From: Clostridia bacterium
GTDB lineage: Bacteria > Bacillota > Clostridia > Oscillospirales > CAG-272
Direction of reading: 5' to 3'
Assembly (NCBI GenBank): GCA_017501545.1
Contig: JAFVWS010000014.1
Coordinates: 14,180-78,179, forward strand
Length of the DNA: 64,000 nucleotides
How positions within the stretch are numbered: the first letter of the stretch is position 1; each line of letters opens with the position of its first letter. Both the position numbers and the translations under genes were made by a program. Shown here piece by piece: positions 1-8,830 of this stretch. Under the pieces are notes generated by a model. That model ran no database searches. It was not told where the DNA came from and worked only from the letters and a program-made list of their open reading frames with translations.

Positions 1-1511
1 GCCTTAAATACCTCGGCATAGTTTTCTGTGTCGTAAGCGGTTTTGAAGTAATCAAGTGCCTGCTCAAGGTCGTCTTGGTCCTCCGCATTACGATAAAGAA
101 CCTTACCCATTTCTACATATGCTGTGTCGAAGTTGTTGTTTCTTGCAAGAACCTCTTCCCAAGCGCCCTTAGCTTCATCAAACTCACCATTGTTTTGAAG
201 CTTGATAGCGGTTGAAAGAATCTGAGCATATTCTGTCTGACGATAAGCAGTGAACGAAAGGTTAGCTATATCAAGAACAAGGATTTTAGTAACCTCTTTC
301 TCATATACATCAATTACCTCGCCCTTTTCGTTGTATACTTCCTCTTCAATATAATATGTTTGATAGGTAATTGCCTGAGCTTGGGAAATTTGTCCAAACT
401 GTTGACCCTTATCACCAAATATATAAAGAAGGTTACCAGAACGGTCATAGGTATAAACCTTTGAACGCTTTGAGTCGATAATCGACCATACACCATCAGG
501 TCCACTTGATACGTCAAGCACCTTTGATACACCCTTTGGTGCATTTTTATTAATAGATGTTTGTACTGTTTGGAGCTTAACTGCTACCTCACCAGCTGGT
601 GCAAAGAATCCTGTTCTTTGCATAATATCTGTACCACCTGCGTTAAGAAGCTTAACTGGTGAATAATCCTTAGCCTTTGAGGTGATTTGTCCTAATTGAA
701 GCTCCTCATCCTCTTCAAGAATTTTTACTGTACCATATACAAAGTCGCCGTATGTTTCATCAAGCTCAAGGTTTGTATATGTTGAAGGTACGTTTGTAAA
801 TTCCTTTGTTGAGAATGGGTTTATGGTTTGTAGCACAGCTTGAAGCGCTGATACACTTACCTTTGGTGCACCGATGAAGTTGATAAAATCACCTTCAGAG
901 GTAAGAACAACGATACCCTCTGTTGTTCCATCGGAAGCAACATACATTCTTCCGTGCTTGTCAACTACACAGCTTACAGGAGTATATGAGCCCTTATCGT
1001 CTGCAAAGTTAATTTGTGGCTCCTTATACGTACGCTCGTAGGTGAAGTCGTCAAGTGAGAATCTTACAATTCTCTTATTGAGCTTGTCACAAACGTAAAG
1101 ACCTCTATATGCGCTATCCTTTGCACTAACAACGCAGGTGCTGGCAGGAGTATTAAATGTATCCTCTACACCGTCGCCGTTTACGAATGTGTCAATTGTT
1201 GCTATCCATTCGTAGTACCTATTAAGTATTACAATTCTGTTGTTGCCTTGGTCGGTAATATAAACATTACCCTCTAAATCAGTTTCGATATCTGTTGGGT
1301 TATTCAATTTAACACCGTCAAGCTTATCAAGACCGATAGTTGCTGAATCTATTGGCGCAACTCCATCGGTAACATATGCATCAGGAGATTTTAATACCTC
1401 TCCGTCGATTGAGTATGTATATGTATCGTATGGAGTTATAGCCATTACGCAAGGGGTAAGAAGTAGGGCGAAGGCGAACATGAATGCAATTATTCTTGCT
1501 ATCTTTTTCAT
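1..1511 (-). CDS. Secreted NHL-repeat (beta-propeller-like) protein with TPR-like helical C-terminal part; 3' end runs off the window
   Basis: Own minus-strand translation. ATG at 1511-1509 follows GGAGG. Signal peptide MKKIARIIAFMFAFALLLTPCVMA. NHL-type motif NNPTDIETDLEGNVYITDQGNNRIVIL. Frame stays open to position 1, so it is absent from the ORF track because it is truncated. Confidence 0.8.
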   Translation of the reverse strand, partial: MKKIARIIAFMFAFALLLTPCVMAITPYDTYTYSIDGEVLKSPDAYVTDGVAPIDSATIGLDKLDGVKLNNPTDIETDLEGNVYITDQGNNRIVILNRYYEWIATIDTFVNGDGVEDTFNTPASTCVVSAKDSAYRGLYVCDKLNKRIVRFSLDDFTYERTYKEPQINFADDKGSYTPVSCVVDKHGRMYVASDGTTEGIVVLTSEGDFINFIGAPKVSVSALQAVLQTINPFSTKEFTNVPSTYTNLELDETYGDFVYGTVKILEEDEELQLGQITSKAKDYSPVKLLNAGGTDIMQRTGFFAPAGEVAVKLQTVQTSINKNAPKGVSKVLDVSSGPDGVWSIIDSKRSKVYTYDRSGNLLYIFGDKGQQFGQISQAQAITYQTYYIEEEVYNEKGEVIDVYEKEVTKILVLDIANLSFTAYRQTEYAQILSTAIKLQNNGEFDEAKGAWEEVLARNNNFDTAYVEMGKVLYRNAEDQDDLEQALDYFKTAYDTENYAEVFK

Positions 1512-1521
1512 AGTTACCTCC

Positions 1522-2394
1522 TTAATCCTTCATACCACTTGTCGCCATCGTTTCGATAATGTTGCTCTGTGAAATTATGAATACCAAAATAGGTATAATC
1601 ATCATAATTACTGAGCCGGCTGCAGATGCACCTGCACGGGCAATACCACCTGCCGTAATCTGTCCGATTGCGTAGTTAAGTGTCTTCCATTCCTCACTGT
1701 AAATGTATGCTGAAGCACCAGTGTTCCAAAGTCCTTGGAAGGAATAGATAATAAGTGTAAGCCATGCTGGTTTAACCATAGGCATAGCGATAACCCAGAA
1801 GGTTTTAAACTCGTTACAACCGTCAAGACGCGCGCTTTCAAGCACGGAGTCTGAAATTGATGAGTCCATAAACTGCTTCATTAGGTAAAGTCCCATAGAT
1901 GAGCCCCACGCTGGAATAATAAGTGCAAATGGGTTATCCATAAGTCCCAAGGTTGAAAGTGTAATGAAGTTAGCGATTGATGTTACTGTTGAGGTAAACA
2001 TAAGTGAACGCTGAATTAACCAGAACACTCCCTTTCTGCCTGGGAATGGGATTTTTGAAACTGCATACGCAGCTAAGGATGAGAAAATAAGGTTTCCGAA
2101 AGTACCCATAGCTGTGATAAATACTGTGTTGAATATGTATCTTGAGAATGGTACCCAAGAATCACTAAGTAACGTGAACAAATCCGAGAAGTTCTTAAGA
2201 GTTGGGTGAACAACGTAAAATCTTGGTGGGAACACCCATAGCTCGTCAAGAGGCTTCAAGGACTGCATTACTACATAGACCATCGGGAAGAACATAAACA
2301 CTCCCATTATAAATAGGAAGAGAAAAATTCCCGCGTCTCCTCCTACCGAACGGTTTAGGACAACTTGATGATTTCTAACTCTCATTTTTTGCAT
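1522..2394 (-). CDS. Carbohydrate ABC transporter permease (CUT1, MalG/AraQ-like)
   Basis: 290 aa, multi-TM, EAA loop LESARLDGCNEFKTFWVIAMPMVKPA. 1-nt gap to the upstream permease. Confidence 0.9.
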   Translation of the reverse strand: MQKMRVRNHQVVLNRSVGGDAGIFLFLFIMGVFMFFPMVYVVMQSLKPLDELWVFPPRFYVVHPTLKNFSDLFTLLSDSWVPFSRYIFNTVFITAMGTFGNLIFSSLAAYAVSKIPFPGRKGVFWLIQRSLMFTSTVTSIANFITLSTLGLMDNPFALIIPAWGSSMGLYLMKQFMDSSISDSVLESARLDGCNEFKTFWVIAMPMVKPAWLTLIIYSFQGLWNTGASAYIYSEEWKTLNYAIGQITAGGIARAGASAAGSVIMMIIPILVFIISQSNIIETMATSGMKD

Positions 2395-2395
2395 A

Positions 2396-3466
2396 TCATT
2401 GTCCTACCTTCGATAGCATTTTATTAACAAGCGTGTTAGCGCCAATCATAATTAAGAACAGCACAACCGCTATCGCTGAGGCATATCCTACCTCCCAACG
2501 CTGGCTTCCGTAGTCCTCCAAGCAGTGCATGATTGTATGACACGAATAGTTAACTGATGGGAAGCCACAAAGGGCTGTTACAACACCACCAAAGCCGAAC
2601 GCACCAGTAATTGACATTACGGCACCGAACATAAGCTGTGGTCGCATCATTGGTAAGGTAATATACCAAAGCTCCTGCCACCTGTTTTTGATTCCGTCAA
2701 CTGCGGCTGCCTCAAAGAGGCTCTTGTCAACAGTTTGTAGACCCGCAATAAACGATAGGAACGCAGTACCAAGTGACATCCAAAGTGCAACGACGATACA
2801 TAGCGTCATTGCGTATTGTTCATCATGGAACCAAAGTATTGGTGCATCAATCATATTCATCTTTAAGAGAATACCATTTACCCAACCTTGGCTGTCGTTG
2901 TGGAAAAGTGTACCCCAAATCAAGTAAACGTTACCTGAAATAGATGGTGCATAGAATATAAGCGTTACAATTGCTCTAACCCTTGGTGATAGCTCGTTGA
3001 TGAACCATGCAACAAGGAATGAAAGAACATAAGAAACAGGACCTGTAATTGCAGCAAACACAAGTGTGTTTTTGCAAGCGAGGAGGAATATATCGTCCTC
3101 AAAGAATAGTCTTGTATAGTTCTTAATTCCTACGAACATATCCCATTTGAACTCAAGCATATTGAAGTTTGTAAAGCTTAGCACAAGTGATAGTCCAACA
3201 GGCAACACTGTGAACAAGATGAAGACTAACATAAAAGGTGCAATCATAAAGTAAGCAATCTTGTTTCTCTTTATTTCATGCAATGTCCATTGAAGCTTGG
3301 TCATATCCTTTCTTGCAACGGCCTTCTTCTTTTTCTTTTTGCCCTTTGGTTGATTGTCTTCTAAAACACTATCATTATGTATTTGTTCATTTTCGTTTTC
3401 TACTACTGCTTCAGCTTCAATTACTGATTCGCTTGCAGATTGTAGCTTTTTCTTACGATTTTTCAT
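2396..3466 (-). CDS. Carbohydrate ABC transporter permease (CUT1, MalF/AraP-like) with ~60-aa charged N-terminal extension
   Basis: 356 aa, EAA loop FEAAAVDGIKNRWQELWYITLPMMRPQ. GAAGGAG RBS 8 nt upstream of the ATG at 3466 supports the long form. Confidence 0.9.
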   Translation of the reverse strand: MKNRKKKLQSASESVIEAEAVVENENEQIHNDSVLEDNQPKGKKKKKKAVARKDMTKLQWTLHEIKRNKIAYFMIAPFMLVFILFTVLPVGLSLVLSFTNFNMLEFKWDMFVGIKNYTRLFFEDDIFLLACKNTLVFAAITGPVSYVLSFLVAWFINELSPRVRAIVTLIFYAPSISGNVYLIWGTLFHNDSQGWVNGILLKMNMIDAPILWFHDEQYAMTLCIVVALWMSLGTAFLSFIAGLQTVDKSLFEAAAVDGIKNRWQELWYITLPMMRPQLMFGAVMSITGAFGFGGVVTALCGFPSVNYSCHTIMHCLEDYGSQRWEVGYASAIAVVLFLIMIGANTLVNKMLSKVGQ

Positions 3467-3495
3467 CTACATTTTCTCCTTCTTTAGTGTTTTAG

Positions 3496-6400
3496 TCAAT
3501 CATTAGTCAATTCCCCATTTGGGTTTCGACTTAAATATTCATCATATGTAATCATACCAAACTCCTCACGTCTTCTTGCAAGCTCAGAGTTAATTGTTGT
3601 TACGTATGAAAGTAGTGCGTCTGAAGCATCCTTACCATCGTTATAGGTTGCCAAGAATGCGAAGTTGACATAACGAGCAAGATAGTAGCTACCTGGGTGG
3701 TTAGGAACTGCAACAAGCTCATTAAACTGAGCCATAATGTTTGCTTCTTCCTTTGCTGTCCATGGTAGGTCTGCAAGAGCATCTCTGTTTGCTGTCGCTG
3801 GTCTTGCTGCAATACCCATAATGGATACGATTTCATTTGAGTAGTCTGCTTGGAAGTCCTTTCCAATATACCACTTCATAAATTCCCATGCACAGAGGTC
3901 CTTCTTTTGCTGATCCTTGCTGTCGCCATTGTCAATCATTACTGTACCAGTTACTGTTGCAACTGCGCTTCTGTTAATTGATGTAACATTTCCGTCTTCG
4001 TCATAAACTGGTTGACCAGGAAGCTGAACGAATGTCCAAAGTCCTGAAAGCTCAGATGCGAATACTGCAAGCTGGTTACATGTTGTATAGGCTGCGATAC
4101 CGATTGGCATTTCGCCTGTACGGAAACGGTTTGCAAAGTCGTAGGTGTATGGTAATGAATATTGTGTATAGTAGTTACACATTTGCTCAAAGGAGTTAAG
4201 TACGCCCTTTGAATCAAAGTTGATTGTCATACCGTTATTTGAGTATGCTTCATTTCCATTTTGATAAATGAATGTATATGCGTCGTTTTGAATACCAATT
4301 TCCATATTGTTATATTGAAGAATTGGAAGAATTGATAGCATGCCATCCCAAGTTGTTGGTGGCTCGATTTCAAGTGAGCTTAGTACGTCCTCACGATAGA
4401 ACATCATTGAGAATGTAAGTGAGTCTGGCATTGCGTATAGCTCAATACCTCTCTTCTCAACCTTGCCATCGTTGTTCTTTTCTTGCCAGCCATAGCCATA
4501 CCTACGGTCGTCATCCTCACCATCACCATTTGTATCAATCAAATAGTTAGGACCATCTCTCCAAAGATATGGGTCGCTGTCCTCAATCCAGTCATATTTC
4601 TCATCGTCATCTTCTCCGTCATAACCGAAGTTATAAAGAGTTAGTGGCTCAAGTGCGGCATCAGGAATTTGTAGAAGGACGTTAGCTGCCTCATCCTTAT
4701 AAACGATTTCGCCGTTATCATTCGTTTTATAAACAACTGTGCCGTTTACATAGTCGGCATAGCCGTTATCAATATCGGACTTAATATCCTCGTTAACGTA
4801 ATCGTTAAGTGGTTTAATCGCATTACGTAGTGCGTAGTCAATTATTGTAGAGCTTGCTTCCATGAGTGAAACCTCAGGACCAACGCCTGCAATGATTGAT
4901 GGAAGAAGTGTACCACCAGCGATAAGTTTGATGTTAACGCCAACATTAATTGGCTCCTTTTCGCCATTTCCATCTGTATCTACGTAAACTTCTTCTGGAG
5001 TAAAGTTATTTTCAATAAGGTTTCTTATAATTTGTGCTTGGTCTCGGCCTGTTACTACCCAGACATCGATTACCTCATCAACGCCCTCAGCTGATGATTT
5101 TTGCTCGTCATAGTTATTGCCTACAAATGAAGCAAAGAAGAGCTTAATTTCGAACCAAAGAGCCTTGAAGAAGCCGGCATCTGCATCAGGGAGCTCCTCT
5201 TCATGTGACTGGATTCGATAGTAGTCAACCTGAAGTGGCTGTGTCTTAGCGCTGTTAATCCACGTACCCATAGAGCCGATTTGTGATTTCAAGGTTGCCA
5301 AGTTAGCTGGAATTTCGCTTTCGTTGGTAGCCATTTTTTCAAGAAGCTGATATACCTGCTTGATTGTAGCAGTTTTTTCACCTTCACCAGTACCGCCAGC
5401 CTTTTTGTTAGCTGCAACAAGGTAATTATAAACCCCCTCAAGGTTTTGGGCTTCCATAAGCATTACCTTAAGAACGTCCGGCATTACTCTTGTAAAGCCG
5501 TATGAACGGTTAGCGTCAGGGTCTGTACCTGTGAGCTTAAGAATCTCAAGGTAGCAGTTGTTTATATTGTTCAAGGATTCGCTAACCTGCTTAATTTGCT
5601 CACCCATTTCGCCAAGGGTTGCCTCAAGCTTGATTTCGTGCTTACCCTTTTCAAGATAGAACTCAAATTCAGTAGTACCATCATTTAAGAAGCATGTTTG
5701 CCAAGAGCTTGAATATTGGAAACGGCAGTTTGCCGCCTCAGCAAATGGAACCTCGTCATCAATATAAAGCTTTCTTGATACGTACATACCGCTAAGAAGC
5801 GCCTGCTTGTATCTTACTGCAATAGAATAGTAGCCTGACTCAGGAACGTCTATTGTATAGCTCATCCATTCGCCAACGTTTTGCCATTGCTCCTTACCTG
5901 CTGTATTGTACTTAACCTGTGATTCGCTTTGAGGACCAGTAAGTCCCTCTGTGATAGCAGAGGTTCTGTCATATACAGGATACATTGTAATAGCCGATAC
6001 GTTGAGAGTTTCCTCAGCCTGTTGCTTATCATAAACACCCTCACCGGGTCTATTATCCTCAACCTTGCCGTGAAGCTCTTCCATTTGAGCTATGTATTCC
6101 TTATAAGAAATAGGAGCCTCGTAAGGACGAAGAATAATTGATTGAACAATCAAGTCCTCTCTTTGACCCTCGAGAGAAATCGTGTTCTCACCAGCCTTAA
6201 AATAGAACTCGAATGGGTTTACATAATATCCATCTGGGTCGCTGATTGTATAGTTAACCCATGTTGGGTCCTTAAATACAGCTGGACGGATATCGTCTCC
6301 CTTGCCCTTTTCCTTGTCCTCGTTTCTAAAGGTGTTTTTATTATTTGCGTCCTTGGCGTAGTCGTACTCCCATACCTTATTAAGTACGAGTGTACGTGTC

Positions 6401-7278
6401 TCAGCAAATGGGAACTCTCCATTTAAATAGAATATACGCTCAATTGCGTTGCTTGTGCCTGTCTTGTCGTAATTGTCGGCAGCATTTTTGTCAATGATTT
6501 GATCATCCGCTTGGCAATATACTATTTCAATTGTATAATTTCCTGCGTATTCCTCAGGAACGTTAAACGTCCAAGTGACTGTTCCATTAGCGCCCAATAA
6601 AACACCGTCGTTTTTCTCGTCGTCTGATGGCTCATCGCACTTGGTATCAGAGATATAGTATTTGAAGCTTTCCTCTCCGTTGTTAGAAACAACAGAATCC
6701 AAAGCCTCACTTGTGCCGTCCAGCTTGGTAAATATACCGTCAAGAATGTCGAATTCATTTACCTTTGCTGAGTTAGGACTTGTGGTAATTACAATAGTGT
6801 TATCAACCAAATAGGTTGCGTCTATCTCTGTACCATTTGCAACAATCTTTGCTGTTTCGTCCTTATTAACAGTAACGGTAACGTCCTTTTTCTCGGTATT
6901 GTATGTTCCAACTATACCAGCGGATGCCTTCTTGTTTGACTTAAGTGCCTCCTTCTTTAAAGTATAATCATCACCACCAATGGTGATTACGTCAAGCGCG
7001 CCGTCCTTTAATGTTGCACGTGCAACCTCGTTGCCGTCAGCATCATAAAAGATCGCTATACCCGCGGTTGCGTATCTGCTTAACACATTTTCAATATACT
7101 CATCGTATGAAAGTGCGTTAAGGATAGCACTAACGTCGGATATTGACGTTTGGTTGGAAGTCGAGCTTCCAGAAGAGCTACTCTGTTTACTTTGTGCAAA
7201 CGTCGGTATTACCATTACCGAAAAGAGCATTAGCAAGCAAAGAAAAAACGCGAGTAGTCTTTTTGCCTTTCCTTTCAT
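3496..7278 (-). CDS. 1260-aa exported multidomain protein: N-terminal beta-sandwich (CBM-like) modules fused to a C-terminal family-1 extracellular solute-binding domain
   Basis: Signal peptide MKGKAKRLLAFFLCLLMLFSVMVIPTFAQS followed by a Ser-rich linker. Two segments have CBM6/35-like signatures (YAGNYTIEIVY; SGYYSIAVRYKQ). The C-terminal ~560 aa carry typical SBP blocks (IDVWVVTG, PPTTWDGML, AWEFMKWY). First gene of the permease operon. Confidence 0.8.
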   Translation of the reverse strand: MKGKAKRLLAFFLCLLMLFSVMVIPTFAQSKQSSSSGSSTSNQTSISDVSAILNALSYDEYIENVLSRYATAGIAIFYDADGNEVARATLKDGALDVITIGGDDYTLKKEALKSNKKASAGIVGTYNTEKKDVTVTVNKDETAKIVANGTEIDATYLVDNTIVITTSPNSAKVNEFDILDGIFTKLDGTSEALDSVVSNNGEESFKYYISDTKCDEPSDDEKNDGVLLGANGTVTWTFNVPEEYAGNYTIEIVYCQADDQIIDKNAADNYDKTGTSNAIERIFYLNGEFPFAETRTLVLNKVWEYDYAKDANNKNTFRNEDKEKGKGDDIRPAVFKDPTWVNYTISDPDGYYVNPFEFYFKAGENTISLEGQREDLIVQSIILRPYEAPISYKEYIAQMEELHGKVEDNRPGEGVYDKQQAEETLNVSAITMYPVYDRTSAITEGLTGPQSESQVKYNTAGKEQWQNVGEWMSYTIDVPESGYYSIAVRYKQALLSGMYVSRKLYIDDEVPFAEAANCRFQYSSSWQTCFLNDGTTEFEFYLEKGKHEIKLEATLGEMGEQIKQVSESLNNINNCYLEILKLTGTDPDANRSYGFTRVMPDVLKVMLMEAQNLEGVYNYLVAANKKAGGTGEGEKTATIKQVYQLLEKMATNESEIPANLATLKSQIGSMGTWINSAKTQPLQVDYYRIQSHEEELPDADAGFFKALWFEIKLFFASFVGNNYDEQKSSAEGVDEVIDVWVVTGRDQAQIIRNLIENNFTPEEVYVDTDGNGEKEPINVGVNIKLIAGGTLLPSIIAGVGPEVSLMEASSTIIDYALRNAIKPLNDYVNEDIKSDIDNGYADYVNGTVVYKTNDNGEIVYKDEAANVLLQIPDAALEPLTLYNFGYDGEDDDEKYDWIEDSDPYLWRDGPNYLIDTNGDGEDDDRRYGYGWQEKNNDGKVEKRGIELYAMPDSLTFSMMFYREDVLSSLEIEPPTTWDGMLSILPILQYNNMEIGIQNDAYTFIYQNGNEAYSNNGMTINFDSKGVLNSFEQMCNYYTQYSLPYTYDFANRFRTGEMPIGIAAYTTCNQLAVFASELSGLWTFVQLPGQPVYDEDGNVTSINRSAVATVTGTVMIDNGDSKDQQKKDLCAWEFMKWYIGKDFQADYSNEIVSIMGIAARPATANRDALADLPWTAKEEANIMAQFNELVAVPNHPGSYYLARYVNFAFLATYNDGKDASDALLSYVTTINSELARRREEFGMITYDEYLSRNPNGELTND

Positions 7279-7370
7279 AAGAAACCTCCATGCTTTTGTT
7301 CTAATAGCGCGGTGATTTAGCGCATTTCACCAACGCTGAATATACATATGCGTATATATTAGTATATATA

Positions 7371-7399
7371 ATTGTAACACACGTGGTAATTAAAGTCAA
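7371..7399 (-). promoter_or_regulatory. Sigma-A-type promoter TTGACT-17-TACAAT for the binding-protein/permease/NHL operon
   Basis: Reverse complement reads TTGACTttaattaccacgtgtgtTACAAT, about 90 nt upstream of the ATG at 7278. Confidence 0.55.
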
Positions 7400-7707
7400 G
7401 TTGCCTTTTTTGACAGCATGCACCAAGCGAGTAAAAATTATGAATATTTTTTGTATATAATCACTTTTGTAAAATCAAAAAAGCATGTGGATAAAAAATT
7501 TTTTCGACGTTTTTGGGGCATTGAAGTCAATAAATTCAAGGGGTTTATATTTTCGTGTGCGAAATATTTTAAAATTTCTACGTATTGTGCAAGTTGCACA
7601 AATTTTGAATGAAATTTTTGGCACATAGTCATAATGCACAATTTTGATTTTTGGTGTCTTTTGGCAAATTATGTTTTCAAAAAATTTACAATTTATTTCA
7701 TAAATTA

Positions 7708-7736
7708 TTGACATCGTGCCAAAATAAGTCTATAAT
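7708..7736 (+). promoter_or_regulatory. Consensus sigma-A promoter TTGACA-17-TATAAT for glcK
   Basis: Perfect -35 (7708-7713) and -10 (7731-7736) hexamers with a 17-nt spacer, about 30 nt upstream of the RBS/ATG at 7768. Confidence 0.7.
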
Positions 7737-7767
7737 TAAACTATCACAGCAAAGGATGGTAACCAAT

Positions 7768-8727
7768 ATGTACTATTTAGGTATTGACCTCGGCGGTACA
7801 AATATCGCAGCAGGCATAGTTGACGGAAACTACAAAATTATAAAGAAAAAGAGTACTCCTACCCTTGCGCACAGAGATGGCAAGGAAATCATCAAGGATA
7901 TGGCAAAGCTTTGCCTTTCATTAATTGATGACTGCGGACTTACTCTTAATGATATTGCATACGCAGGAATTGCATCTCCTGGCACTGCCAACTCAGAGAC
8001 AGGCGTTGTTGAATACGCAAACAACCTTCCATTTGAAAACTTCCCTATTGCAGACTTGCTCAAGGAATATACAGGCATTGAAAAGGTTTACATTGAAAAT
8101 GATGCAAACGCAGCAGCTAAGGCTGAGGCTATCGCTGGTGTTGCAAAGGGTGCCAAGTTCTCTGTTATGATTACACTCGGCACTGGCCTTGGTGGTGGTA
8201 TTGTCCTCGATGGCAAGGTTTACTCAGGCTTCAATTTTGCAGGTGCTGAGCTTGGACACATTGTTATTGAAAAGGACGGCAAGCAATGCACATGTGGCAG
8301 ACGTGGCTGTTGGGAAACATACAGCTCAGCTACCGGTCTTACAAATATGACCAAGGAGCACGTTTTAAAAGCAAGACAAGATGGACGCAAAACTCTTATC
8401 GAGGATTTAATTAATGGTGACATTAACAATTGTAATGCAAGAGTTGCGTTTACTGCTATGAAGCAGGGTGATGCTGTCGGCAAGGAAATTGTTGATGAAT
8501 ATATTTCCTACCTTGCATGTGGTGTTGCAAACATAATTAACATTTTCCAACCAAACATCCTTTCAATCGGTGGTGGTGTATGTGGTGAAAAGGACAATTT
8601 GCTCATTCCACTTAAGGAAGCCGTGTTCAAGGAAACTTATACAAGAGGCGACAAGCAAACAGAAATTAAAATTGCCGAGCTTGGCAATGATGCCGGCATT
8701 ATCGGCGCCGCTGTTCTTGGTCTTTAA
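7768..8727 (+). CDS. glcK: ROK-family glucokinase
   Basis: MYYLGIDLGGTNIAAG ATP motif and the ROK zinc motif CTCGRRGCWETY. Start moved to M40 of the track ORF because AAAGGA lies 11 nt upstream and the consensus promoter sits inside the longer ORF. Confidence 0.9.
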   Translation: MYYLGIDLGGTNIAAGIVDGNYKIIKKKSTPTLAHRDGKEIIKDMAKLCLSLIDDCGLTLNDIAYAGIASPGTANSETGVVEYANNLPFENFPIADLLKEYTGIEKVYIENDANAAAKAEAIAGVAKGAKFSVMITLGTGLGGGIVLDGKVYSGFNFAGAELGHIVIEKDGKQCTCGRRGCWETYSSATGLTNMTKEHVLKARQDGRKTLIEDLINGDINNCNARVAFTAMKQGDAVGKEIVDEYISYLACGVANIINIFQPNILSIGGGVCGEKDNLLIPLKEAVFKETYTRGDKQTEIKIAELGNDAGIIGAAVLGL

Positions 8728-8742
8728 TATTTGATGTAAAAG

Positions 8743-8808
8743 CCCGCAGAATTAAGCCTCTGCGGGTCTTGTTTAATATAAAAACGTGCCGACACGTGTG
8801 CGTTTTTA
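8743..8808 (+). terminator. Putative tandem hairpins after glcK
   Basis: CCCGCAGA/TCTGCGGG 8-bp stem (8743-8766) with a weak T tail, then AAAAACG...CGTTTTT around a CACGTG core. Confidence 0.45.
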
Positions 8809-8830
8809 TCACTTTTGAAAGGAGGACGAC

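Noticed and set aside
3496-7278. The idea that the two D-x-[DN]-G-[DN]-G-E loops in the giant binding protein form a dockerin (cellulosome attachment).
   Set aside because: The two loops are more than 100 residues apart and sit inside the SBP-like region. They are not arranged as a tandem 22-residue duplicated segment at a terminus, so only generic calcium-loop similarity is claimed.
7379-7384. CACGTG-centred palindromes in several intergenic spots. ATCCACGTGGTG occurs at about 18199 and, reverse-complemented, at about 55886. GACACGTGTC occurs at about 35504, and other CACGTG-containing sites lie at about 8790 and 39067.
   Set aside because: I counted roughly 14 CACGTG sites in the window, including many inside genes. 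That is close to the ~9-15 expected from base composition, with no consistent position relative to promoters.
7418-7714. Three overlapping 64-79-aa ORFs on both strands in the glcK upstream region.
   Set aside because: They sit in AT-rich promoter DNA, have no RBS, overlap each other in mutually exclusive ways and give Lys/Phe/Ile-rich low-complexity translations.
7651-7767. N-terminal 39-aa extension of the glucokinase ORF in the track. Analogous extensions occur at 57073-57222 (OYE gene), 58490-58549 (SDR), 33100-33153 (yicC) and 14502-14531 (hpf).
   Set aside because: The extensions contain the predicted promoters or the end of the preceding gene and lack RBSs. The internal ATGs have good RBSs and give N-termini matching the conserved family starts.
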